64,000 nucleotides of DNA from Octopus sinensis (taxonomy: Eukaryota). The notes beneath the pieces are model-generated. The model made no database searches. It was not told where the DNA came from and was given only the letters and a program-made list of their open reading frames with translations. The stretch is from contig NC_043016.1 in NCBI RefSeq assembly GCF_006345805.1, forward strand, positions 7,998,001 through 8,062,000, in the 5' to 3' direction. The position numbers and the translations under genes were made by a program. Positions 11,658 through 24,136 of this stretch are shown one piece after another; positions within the stretch are counted from its first letter, which is position 1; every line of letters starts with the position of its first letter.

Positions 11658-12177
11658 GTGAGCAAAAAAAATTTTTCTTTTCTTTTTTTTAATTTTATTT
11701 TCTTTTCAAAATTTCATTTATTTATTTATTTATTTTAAACATCATTGTTGATATTTATTTATTATTATTACACTATAATTACTGTTTCTTATAGTTGTTG
11801 TTGTTGTACGTGTTGTTAATTTTCTCAATTAATTAATTTTGAAAATTTTTTTCATTCACATTTACTTATTCTTCTCTCTGTCTGTCTGTCTGTCTGTCTC
11901 TTGTTTTAATAATTTGAATATGCCGGCGGCGAGGGTGTGTATTCGTAGATTTATAACTGATTTTGTTATTTGTATTGATTTTTTTCTCTCTCTTCACTGA
12001 GAGTGAGAGAGAGAGAGAGAGAGCAATAAACAAAACAAAACTAACATTCTCTAAGTATGCACACATGTGCAAACGAATGTGTGTGTGTGTTGATTGATAA
12101 ATGCATGTCTACACGAATATGTGACAAACAGGTATATATATGTATTTGTAAAAACTGTATAGATATTCTCTTATATG

Positions 12178-12368
12178 TATGTATGTATGTATGTATAGAT
12201 AGATAGATAGATAGAAAGATAGATAGATATATAGAAAGATAGATAGATAGATAGAGGGATAGATAGATAGATAGATATATAGAAAGATAGATGGATATGT
12301 AGAGAGATAGATAGATAGATATATAGAAAGATAGATGGATATGTAGAGAGATAGATAGATAGATATAT

Positions 12369-12415
<47 letters not shown>

Positions 12416-12445
12416 GATAGATAGATAGATAGATAGATAGATACG
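12178..12445 (+). repeat. (GATA)n tetranucleotide array with (TAGA)/(GAAA) variants
   Basis: Visible directly. Confidence 0.95.
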
Positions 12446-13591
12446 TAGACACTACATACCCCTAAATACTCGGATGAAAATGCGCGTACACGCACTTTCA
12501 TACGTGTGTGTGTGTGTGTATATATATATATAAATATATACACATACACACACATTCTCAAACACACTAGAGCGCGTAAAGTATATAGTGATGTTTTTTT
12601 TTTCCTATCACACCCCTAACACACACACACACACACTGTACACATGTACCCCACAGTACCCGTTGTAAATATATATAACAATCACAGCAACATGCAACCA
12701 CGTCCACGAAAATTACCTTTCGAATACCACGCATTCACCTACACGCCGACCGACTCACGTATATATATATATATAAATACTTACACACACACACATGTGT
12801 ATATGTGTGTATATATATATATATGCACGCGCGCGCAACACACCCACACCGTGGGACGACTGGGTGTCTTCCATTGTCTTCTCGTTAATTCTTATCTACC
12901 TTATAGGTTTTGTGTGTGTGTGTGTGTGTGTATTATATCTGAGTCAATATTTTTGTTTATCTTTCAGATGTATAGACGATATTCTTACTATTATTCTTAT
13001 TAATCATTGCTATTGTTGTTATTGTCGTTGTTGTTGTTGTTGTTGTTGTTGTTAGTACTGGTATCGATAATGTTTATGATGATGATGATGATGAAATTTG
13101 GTTGCTTTTGCTCACTCACCGTATTATATAGTTAAGTATAGGCGCGACCCTTTCTCGGTCTTTTAAAATTTTAACCTTTACAAATCTCTCTGAGTTTCAT
13201 TTATATTCGTTTATATCTGTTGGTATATGTAATACTTAGAGACAACGTATATATATATATATATATAAATGTATGTGAACGTGTAAGCATTTGTGTATGT
13301 GTGTGTGTGTGTGATATGTTACGAGTTTCGGTTAAGCTCTCTGCTTATTCAGACATATGTTTTCACATGTCCAGATACGACGTACACAAAACTTGTTCGG
13401 CAGTGTGTTTGAGAGAGAGAGAGAGAGAGAGCTTTGTGTGTGGGTGTGATTGTATGTACATGTAGGAGCGTGCAGATATACGTATGCATGTATGTATGTA
13501 TGTATGCATGTATGTATGTATGTATGTAGAGTTTGTGCATTCACGTGTGTGTGTAAACATGAATTTATATATGAATATGTGTATATGACGT

Positions 13592-13631
<40 letters not shown>

Positions 13632-13687
13632 ATGAATGTATATATTTGTAATGTGTGTGCATAGAAATTCCTTTGTTAATGTTTAAA

Positions 13688-13725
<38 letters not shown>

Positions 13726-13771
13726 CACATTATATACATATGTATATTATAAATATATGTGTGTATATATG

Positions 13772-13819
<48 letters not shown>

Positions 13820-14605
13820 CATTATACATCTATGTATGTGTGTGTGGTGTGTGTGTGTGTGTGTGTGTGTGTATATCCCGAACTCTCATTTCACCTCCCC
13901 CATATATTGTTTTATTCTGTTGCTGTTCTTCAACCATTCTATACTGTCTGTCATCACTTCCTCTCTTCTGAGCCACTTGTGTTTGACATACACCTCACCT
14001 TCCCTGCATTCTCACCTCTCCCTTCATATACAACAATCAACCATACCTCCACTTTTACTAGCTGTTCATCCTTAGGCCCTATCTTTATCACCTCTCACTC
14101 TTCAGAACTTTACCCACCCCTCTTGATATTTTTTCTGTCCCATTTTCTCTTCAGTCACCTTGTGCACTGTACCATACATTATTACACCCTTTCCACCATC
14201 ATTCTTATCTCTCTTTCCACCTACACCCCAATCATCCCTCCCCCCTGCCATATTTATATTATACAAAATAGCCACGTATCTCTTCCCCTATAACCAATCT
14301 ATTCCTGTCCCATTTATCATACACCAAGCGGCTCCTTCTCAATGATTCTCCCATTTGGTCGAAAAGCTTCTTTAGTCTTGTCAGTTACATGGTGACCTCA
14401 CTAGTGCTGGTGCCAAGAAAAAAAAAATATATATATATATATAAAAAGGAATTAGTACACGCACTTAAGTGGTTGATATTATGAAAGAAGGCATCCAGCC
14501 ATTGAAACCAAACCAAAACAGAGATACTGAATAAAATGTTGTCCACAGATCCGTTGGATTCTGTTGATCCATCAAACCCATGCCGACTTGGAAGATAGAC
14601 ATGTA

Positions 14606-14652
<47 letters not shown>

Positions 14653-14957
14653 ATATATATATATATAAACGATGATGATGATGATGATGATGATATATAT
14701 ATATAAGTTCAGCAAAATTTAGATTCAAATGAATATGGTACTTAAGTCAGAGGCACCAGAATTTTGTATGGTATTATCCATATAAATCCATGGGGTGATT
14801 AGAAATAAGTATATGTATGTTCTTTTGGTGGAAGAATTCTATAAATGGCTGAAGATTGCTCAACATTTTAAAACTGATGGAATACTTACAATGTTTAATA
14901 AAATGAAGTAGCATGAAACGATCATACCAATACTGAAGATATACTTGTTGCTTATTT

Positions 14958-15011
<54 letters not shown>

Positions 15012-15097
15012 ATCTAGATATGTATGTGTATATATATATGTATGTGTATATATATATGTATGTGTATATGTATGTGTATATATATATATTAGTGTAT

Positions 15098-15197
15098 NNN
15101 NNNNNNNNNNNNNNNNNNNNNNNNNNNNNNNNNNNNNNNNNNNNNNNNNNNNNNNNNNNNNNNNNNNNNNNNNNNNNNNNNNNNNNNNNNNNNNNNN
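15098..15197. other. Assembly gap (100 N)
   Basis: Run of N. Confidence 1.
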
Positions 15198-15523
15198 CTG
15201 TGCAAGCAACATGAAATACGTAAACAGACAAGTTAAATATAAAAACAATGAATGAAAAAAAATGGATGTGTTATAGCAAAAGTGCAGATAATTTTTGACT
15301 TCCCCTCATATATGTTTAATAGGCTTCTTTCTCTTTCTGTCTACGAATCCATTCATAAGCTGGCATGAGGGTATGGTAGAAGAGACTTGCCCAAGGTGCC
15401 ACACAATAGGACTGAAAACCAAACCATGAGGTTTGCAGACAAGCTTCTTACCCCACACAGCCACGCCTGTGCCTATATGCACACACACATGCACACAACA
15501 CACACACACACACACACATATAA

Positions 15524-15927
15524 CTCTTACTTGTTTCAGCCATTTGAACTGTGGCCATGCTGGAGCACCGCCTTTAGTCGAGCAAATTGACCCTGGGTCT
15601 TATTCTTTGTAAGCCCAGTACTTATTCTATCGGTCTCTTTTGCCGAACCGCTAAGTGACGGGGACGTAAACACACCAGCATCGGTTGTCAAGCAATGTAG
15701 GGGGACAAACACAGACACACAAACATATACACACACATACATAATTATATATATATACATATATACGACAGGCTTCTTTCAGTTTCCGTCTACAAAATCC
15801 ACTCACAAGGCATTGGTCGGCCGGGGTTATAGCAGAAGACACTTGCCCAAGGTGCCATGCAGTGGGACTGTTCCCGGAACCATGTGGTTGGTTAGCAAGA
15901 TACTTACAACACAGCCACCCCTGCACC

Positions 15928-15928
<1 letters not shown>
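15524..15928 (-). mobile_element. tRNA-derived SINE family B (CORE-like TTGGGCAAGTGTCTT, internal TA/TG microsatellite), full copy
   Basis: Homologous to the plus-strand copies at 30030, 49371 and 54242. tRNA-like head GGAGTGGCTGTGTGGTAAG...GGTTCAGTCCC and a GTAAAAGA tail. Confidence 0.9.
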
Positions 15929-15960
<32 letters not shown>

Positions 15961-16125
15961 ATATATATATATTCATATGCACATTATACTATATAATATA
16001 ATATTGTGACTGAAATGTGGAGTGGGCGAAGGTTGATGACCAGCCAATAAATATAAAATTATGCAGCAGTAAGCAATATAAAAATCCAGTATCTATATAG
16101 TAAAGTTATTCATTCTAATAGGCAG

Positions 16126-16158
<33 letters not shown>

Positions 16159-16279
16159 TATATATATATATGTGCAACTACGTACAATGCATAAAATCTC
16201 GGTGGCGGTCTGCTCTTTCATCTTGCAGTAGTTTTTATTAGAAACTCAAGTTACCTTTTGGTGTGGATAGTTATTAACT

Positions 16280-16290
16280 TCTCAATATAG

Positions 16291-16321
<31 letters not shown>

Positions 16322-16342
16322 TATATATATATATATGATATT

Positions 16343-16374
<32 letters not shown>

Positions 16375-18330
16375 ATATATTTATATATATATTATATATA
16401 TATATATATTTATATATAATAATATTTATATATTATATTTATATATATATATATGTATATATATGTTTATATATATATTTATATATATATATATGTATGT
16501 ATATATATGTTGATATATATATATGGATGTATATATGTTTATATATATATATATATGTATGTATATATATAATATGTATGTATATATGTAATATGGTATG
16601 TAATATGTATATATGTTTATGGTTATATATATATAATGTATGTATATATATATATGTATGTATATATATATATATGTATGTATATATGTATATATATGTT
16701 TATATATATATGTATGTATATATATGTTTATATATTTATATATTTATATATATATCATATTTATATCTATACATATATATATATATTATAATATATATAT
16801 GTAATATAATATATATATATATATTTATATATATATACATATATAATATATTATATATATATATATATATATATACATATATAATATTATAATACTATAT
16901 ATATATAATATTATATATATACATATATAGAATAAATTATATATATAATATATATATAAATTATAATAATACATATATATATAATACTATATATATATAT
17001 ATAATATTTTATATATATATATATATACATATATATATACTATATATAATATAATATTATTATATATATATAATATTTTATATATATATATATATATACA
17101 TACATAGTATATATATAATATTATATATATATACATATAATATATAAATTATATATATATATAATATACATATATATATATATTTATTATAATATAAATA
17201 TTTTTTAATATTTATATATATATATGAAGATATATATATATATATATAATAATACATATATATATATAATATATATATAATATATAATATATATATATTA
17301 TATTAATATATACATATATATAATAATATTATATATATATATATATATATATTATACATATATATAATATTATATATATATCTATATACATATATATATA
17401 ATATTATATATATATATATATATACATATTATATATATTATATAGAGGGCTAGCAGCAGGGCTTTGCCTAATACCGAAGGCCTTTTACCAAGGAATTTGG
17501 AGGGAAAATTTACGTCCCAGTCGTTACTTAATTTTAACATCTGCACACTTCCCCCCACTATCTGATGTCGCTGGGTCAGAAGTGAGGGCCTGTGGCATTT
17601 GGTAAATCTATCGAATATAGCGCCGATGAAGGAAATCAAAATACTTTTCTGAGTTTGTGATCCAGAAACATGTTCATTATTAACGGTAAGTGACTGTTTG
17701 CGTCTATTTGCTACTCCGGTTTTGTGTATGTGAGCCGCACGGACCTTCGTTTTTGGAATCTCCACTTACAGAAAATGGAAAAAACAGTCTTTGACTGCCA
17801 TTTCTAATTCCTTCGGTATGAGGCAAAGCAGCCTGCTGCTAGCCCTCTTATTTACCTTACTATATACTGAACCTTACAAAGTTCCTGACGATGAATTTGT
17901 CGTATTTACATACCGAAATTTACCGGTAAATAATTGTTGGTTACATGAAAAACCACAGAAAAATTATTTACCATTTTTATTGCATTATATATTATATATA
18001 TATATAATATACAATATATATAATATTATATATATATCATATATATATTATATTTATATATATATATATATACATATATATATAATATTATATAGATATA
18101 CATATATATATAATATTATATATATATATATATTTATAATATTATATATATATATATACTACATATATATAATATTATATATATATATAATATTATATTA
18201 TATATGTATATATATTATATATATATATATACATATATATATATAATATTATATATATATATATTATATTATATATATATATATATATACATATATATAT
18301 AATATTATATATAGTGTATATATATATCCC
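16280..18330. repeat. ~2-kb degenerate (TA)n field interrupted by a TIR element
   Basis: Almost pure A/T except 17444-17985. Confidence 0.95.
17444..17848. mobile_element. Non-autonomous TIR element (37-39-bp TIR AGAGGGCTAGCAGCAGG..GCTTTGCCTMATACCGAAGG)
   Basis: Arms 17444-17480 and 17810-17848 differ by one mismatch and a 2-nt indel. Confidence 0.75.
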
Positions 18331-18929
18331 CGGTCGAACCGGCCAACCCATGCTAGCATGGAGTACGGACGTTAAACGATGATGATGATACATATATATA
18401 GATTATTTCTTGGTAACCTTGTTCGTTAGACTGTATGGCAGGTTGTAGTGACAATATATGGAGAATTTTTAATGATTAAATTTGCAGAAGTGCTAATTGT
18501 TAGAATTTATTCATGCATGTAGAACTTTGTAGCTAGGTGTGTATGTTTAGGTATGTCAGCTTCAGGTCATAAGAATTCACAAAACAATGTAGTTAGGTTG
18601 TTTGGTCAATAAATCTGTCACTTGGTTTGGTTGTTATTTGTTTTATTTAGATTTTTGTAGGATATTTACCATTTGTTGTGAGAATGTAGTAATTAAATTA
18701 TATATTATGCACTTCATTAGATTTTCTTATGCACGTCATCTTCCATCCATGGAAAAATTGTCTTGAATAAAACCAGTCAACAGTGCAAAAATGTTTGGGG
18801 ACTGCTGCTCTGGTGATGTAAGCCTTACTCTCATGACAGTGAATACAATATCTCTTAACATATTGTAGGCAGAATGTTCCCTGGAGAAACCACTTAGTAT
18901 ATGTCCTCTGTGTTTCAGTTTCTTATTTC

Positions 18930-19155
18930 TTTATTGCCCACAAGGGGCTAAACATAGAGGGGACAAACAAGGACATACAAAGGGACTAAGGCGATTACAT
19001 CGACCCCAGTGCATAACTGGTACTTAATTTATCAACCCCGAAAGGATGAAAGGCAAAGTCGACCTCGGCGGAATTTGAACTCAGAACGTAACGGCAGATG
19101 AATTACCGTTAAGCACTTCGCCCAGCGTACTAACATTTTTGCCAGCTCACCACCT
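18930..19155 (-). mobile_element. SINE family A copy
   Basis: Same core and head as 2594-2828. Confidence 0.85.
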
Positions 19156-19678
19156 TATTTGTTTCAGTTCCTGTCTGCCGAATCTACTGACATGACTTTG
19201 GTTGGCCTGAGGCTATTGTAGAAGACACTTGCCCAAGGTGCCATACAGCTGGACTGAACCTGAAACCATGTGGTTGAAAAGCAAGTTTCTTACCACACAG
19301 CCTTGATTGTTCAATCTTTTTTTTTTCTTACCTATGTCATAGCACATCCTTTAAAAAAATTTTTTTTTGATCCTCTTTTCCATGCAGTTACCTTCTCAGA
19401 TCAGAACAGTCACTCATATTCACCAAATAATTTTGTTTTACCTCTTGCTTAAACAAATTCTCACTGATTTTTCCTTTTTTCTTATGTATGTGTCTTCCAT
19501 ATCCATGAAGAATTGTTGTTCTCTACTTTTCTCTACAGTTCATCAATCACTGTTCTGCTATCTTTCCCAAGTCTAATTTCAACAGGGTTATGTACGTAGT
19601 TAATCTAGCTATAAATTCAACGTGTATTCCATCTTCACAGGAAACCCCATACACAATAATGCTCACACAACTTCTCAA

Positions 19679-22600
19679 CCATTTAGCATTGAAATTACTC
19701 TCTCAGTCAAATGTAATGCTTATTCATTCACATTTTGAGAGTGCAATGATGTGATTGTTTATTTTTAGAATGGTGCTGAAGGGTAGGTATGAAAGACCAG
19801 ATCTGGTCAATTTGAACACAAAACAGGTTGAATATTTGGAACCAGATTTGGTCAGTTTAAACACAAAATAGGTTGAATATTTGGAACCAGATTTGGTCAG
19901 TTTAAACACAAAATAGGTTGAATATTTGGAACCAGATTTGGTCAGTTTAAGCACAAAATAGGTTGAATATTTGGAACCAGATTTGGTCAGTTTAAACACA
20001 AAACAGGTTGAATATTTGGAACCAGATTTGGTCAGTTTAAACACAAAATAGGTTGAATATTTGGAACCAGATTTGGTCAGTTTAACACAAAATAGTTTGA
20101 ATATTTGGAACCAGATTTGGTCAGTTTAAACACAAAATAGATTGAATATTTGGAACCAGATTTGGTCAGTTTAAACACAAAATAGGTTGAATATTTGGAA
20201 CCAGATTTGGTCAGTTTAAACACAAAATAGGTTGAATATTTGGAACCAGATTTGGTCAGTTTAAACACAAAATAGGTTGAATATTTGGAACCAGATTTGG
20301 TCAGTTTAAACACAAAATAGGTTGAATATTTGGAACCAGATTTGGTCAGTTTAAACACAAAATAGGTTGAATATTTGGAACCAGATTTGGTCAGTTTAAA
20401 CACAAAACAGGTTGAATATTTGGAACCAGATTTGGTCAGTTTAAACACAAAACAGGTTGAATATTTGGAACCAGATTTAGTCAGTTTAAACACAAAACAG
20501 GTTGAATATTTGGAACCAGATTTGGTCAGTTTAAACACAAAACAGGTTGAATATTTGGAACCAGATTTGGTCAGTTTAAACACAAAACAGGTTGAATATT
20601 TGGAACCAGATTTGGTCAGTTTAAACACAAAACAGTTGAATATTTGGAACCAGATTGGTCAGTTTAAACACAAAACAGGTTGAATATTTGGAACCAGATT
20701 TGGTCAGTTTAAACACAAAAAGGTTGAATATTTGGAACCAGATTTGGTCAGTTTAAACACAAAACAGGTTGAATATTTGGAACCAATTTGGTTAGTTTAA
20801 ACACAAAATAGGTTGAATATTTGGAACCAGATCTGGTCAGTTTAACACAAAATAGGTTGAATATTTGGAACCAGATCTGGTCAGTTTAAACACAAAATAG
20901 TTGTGAATATTTGGAACCAGATTTGGTCAGTTTAAACACAAAATAGGTTGAATATTTGGAACCAGATTTGGTCAGTTTAAACACAAAATAGATTGAATAT
21001 TTGGAACCAGATTTGGTCAGTTTAAACACAAAATAGGTTGAATATTGGAACCAGATTTGGTCAGTTTAAACACAAAATAGGTTGAATATTGGAACCAGAT
21101 TTGGTCAGTTTAACACAAAATAGGTTGAATATTTGGAACCAGATTTGGTCAGTTTAAACACAAAATAGGTGAATATTGGAACCAGATTTGGTCAGTTTAA
21201 ACACAAAATAGGTTGAATATTTGGAACCAGATTTGGTCAGTTTAAACACAAAACAGGTTGAATATTTGGAACCAGATTTGGTCATTTTAAACACAAAACA
21301 TGTTGAATATTTGGAACCAGATTTAGTCAGTTTTAAACACAAAACAGGTTGAATATTTGGAACCAGATTTGGTCAGTTTAAACACAAAACAGGTTGAATA
21401 TTTGGAACCAGATTTGGTCAGTTTAAACACAAAACAGGTTGAATATTTGGAACCAGATTTGGTCAGTTTAAACACAAAATAGGTTGAATATTTGGAACCA
21501 GATTTGGTCAGTTTAAACACAAAACAGGTTGAATATTTGGAACCAGATTTGGTTAGTTTAAACACAAAATAGGTTGAATATTTGAAACCAGATCTGGTCA
21601 GTTTAAACACAAAATAGGTTGAATATTTGGAACCAGATCTGGTCAGTTTAAACACAAAATAGGTTGAATATTTGGAACCAGATTTGGTCAGTTTAAACCA
21701 AAATAGGTTGAATATGGAACCAGATTTGGTCAGTTTAAACACAAAATAGGTTGAATATTTGGAACCAGATTGGTCAGTTTAAGCACAAAATAGGTTGAAT
21801 ATTTGGAACCAGATTTGGTCAGTTTAAACACAAAATAGGTTGAATATTTGGAACCAGATTTGGTCAGTTTAAACACAAAATAGGTTGAATATTTGGAACC
21901 AGATTTGGTCAGTTTAAACACAAAATAGGTTGAATATTTGGAACCAGATTTGGTCAGTTTAAACACCAAAACAGGTTGAATATTTGGAACCAGATTTGGT
22001 CAGTTTAAACACAAAAAGGTTGAATATTTGGAACCAGATTTGGTCAGTTTAAACACAAAATAGGTTGAATATTTGGAACCAGATTTGGTCAGTTTAAGCA
22101 CAAAATAGGTTGAATATTTGGAACCAGATTTGGTCAGTTAAACACAAAATAGGTTGAATATTTGGAACCAGATTTGGTCAGTTAAACACAAAATAGGTTG
22201 AATATTTGGAACCAGATTTGGTCAGTTTAAACACAAATATAGGTTGAATATTTGGAACCAGATTTGGTCAGTTTAAACACAAAACAGGTTGAATATTTGG
22301 AACCAGATTTGGTCAGTTTTAAACACAAAACAGGTTGAATATTTGGAACCAGATTTAGTCAGTTTAAACACAAAACAGGTTGAATATTTGGAACCAGATT
22401 TGGTCAGTTTAAACACAAAACAGGTTGAATATTTGGAACCAGATTTGGTCAGTTAAACACAAAATAGGTTGAATATTTGGAACCAGATTGGTCAGTTTAA
22501 ACACAAAACAAGTTGAATATTTGGAACCAGATTTGGTCAGTTTAAACACAAATAGGTTGAATATTTGGAACCGATCTGGTCAGTTTAAACACAAAATAGG

Positions 22601-23004
22601 TTGAATATTTGGAACCAGATTTGGTCAGTTTAAACACAAAACAGGTTGAATATTTGGAACCAGATTTGGTCAGTTTAAACACAAAATAGGTTGAATATTT
22701 GGAACCAGATTTGGTCAGTTTAAACACAAAATAGGTTGAATATTTGGAACCAGATTTCGTCAGTTTAAACACAAAATAGGTTGAATATTTGGAACCAGAT
22801 TTGGTCAGTTTAAACACAAAACAGGTTGAATATTTTGAACCAGACCTGGTCAGTTTGAACACAAAACAGGTGAAATATTTTGAGCCAGATTTGGTCAGTT
22901 TGAACATAAAACAAGTGAACTATTTTGAGCCAGACCTGGTCAGTTTGAATACATAACAGGTTGAATATTTTGAACCAGATCTGATCAGTTTAAATGCTGA
23001 AGAG
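19679..23004. mobile_element. piggyBac-like MITE (family P1) inflated by an internal satellite
   Basis: TCAA|CCATTTAGCATT ... AATGCTGAAGAG|TTAA. Its non-array body matches the sister copy at 23517-24136. Confidence 0.75.
19796..22995 (+). repeat. 45-bp tandem satellite, ~71 units (GGAACCAGATTTGGTCAGTTTAAACACAAAAYAGGTTGAATATTT)
   Basis: The 45-bp period was read directly and agrees with the 15-aa periodic ORFs. No spacers. Confidence 0.98.
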
Positions 23005-23516
23005 TTAAAGTCCTCATGTAAATAGCACTTCCATTCATGTGACCACTCCAAAATGCTTTCCCTGTGATGCCAATCAGTTCTTCTATCAAAATTATTTTTG
23101 TCAAGAAACTGTCAACTTCTTTGTTATTGCAATATTAGGCTTGGAACACGAGCGCTTCTTCAAAATTCATCCACACCTATTTGGACAATTTTTATTTCAT
23201 TGTTTTATTTAATTAATTTTTTTTCTAGATCTGTTTACCATACTTGCTTCTATGTAACTCCTACCTGTTTTTGTAGTATGTGTTTTAATGTTTCTTGTGG
23301 CAAACAAATATGTAACTGGATGAATAAGTACTTTATGAATAAATATTTCAATATATTCGTCCTCATCATCATTATTACTATTATTAACATTATTTCATTA
23401 TTTAAGGTGGTGAGCAGGTAAAATGCCGCCAAGCATTTTACCTGTCTTTACATTCTGACTTCAAATGATACAAGGATTTTTGCCTTCCCCTTTTCATCAT
23501 CACCACTATTCTCCAG

Positions 23517-24136
23517 CCTTTTAGCATTCACATTATTCTATCGAATGTAATGCTTGTTTATTCACATTGTTTTGAATTAATTATACGTTACCTTGTAGCT
23601 TTGAAACTTCAATGATATGATTGTATATTTTTAGAATGACATTTTAAGGTAGGTACGAGAGACTGTCTCCAACAATTTGGTGCGACAGCAGTGCAGAATC
23701 ACATCCCTCCGACAAGTCATCCTAACGAGACGTCTGCGTTGGCTGGGTCATGCCCTCCGTCGTCAACCAGGAGAATTCATCTATGAAGCAATTGCCCCAG
23801 CTCTCCTTCAGGGTTGGCGAAAGCGATGTGGTGGACAACGAGAAACCTGGCTGATGACAGTCAAGGCTGATCTGGAACCCAACCTTTGCCCCCTACCTAT
23901 GGCGTTCGCTGCTGGAATAAGGAGTGGTTGGAGATCACGCAGTCGTTAGCCTCAAATTGCCAGGTCTGGTCGGCATTTGTGAGAGATGCAGCACTGAGGA
24001 TGAATGAAGCCAGCTCAACCCACCCCGGGTGAATGCTGTCTCAAGTCAAGTCAAGTCAGTCTGGATCTAGCCAGTTTGAACATAAAAAACAAATAGTAAA
24101 TTCAGGCTCGATATGGCTGATTTAAATGCTAAAGAA
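23517..24136. mobile_element. Second P1 MITE copy, interrupted by an RTE fragment
   Basis: CCTTTTAGCATT ... AATGCTAAAGAA. Body homologous to 19679-19795, with ~1.5 diverged copies of the 45-mer seed at 24061-24130. Confidence 0.8.
23664..24060 (+). mobile_element. 5'-truncated RTE-clade LINE (ORF C-terminus, frameshifted) with a (CAAGT)n tail
   Basis: RRLRWLGHALRR...WRKRCGGQRETWLMTVKADLE, then after a frameshift YGVRCWNKEWLE...WSAFVRDA...STHPG* (TGA at 24030-24032). These are typical RTE C-terminal motifs. Confidence 0.88.

Noticed and set aside
12968-13060. Strong acceptor tttatctttcAG as a coding exon
   Set aside because: All three frames hit stops. It could only be a UTR exon and cannot be supported from sequence alone.
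19796-22995. CRISPR-like array, or a protein with 15-aa repeats (FKLTKSGSKYSTCFV / EPDLVSLNTKQVEYL)
   Set aside because: Units are contiguous with no unique spacers and no cas genes are present. Frequent 1-nt indels break the frames, so the ORFs arise only because 45 is a multiple of 3.
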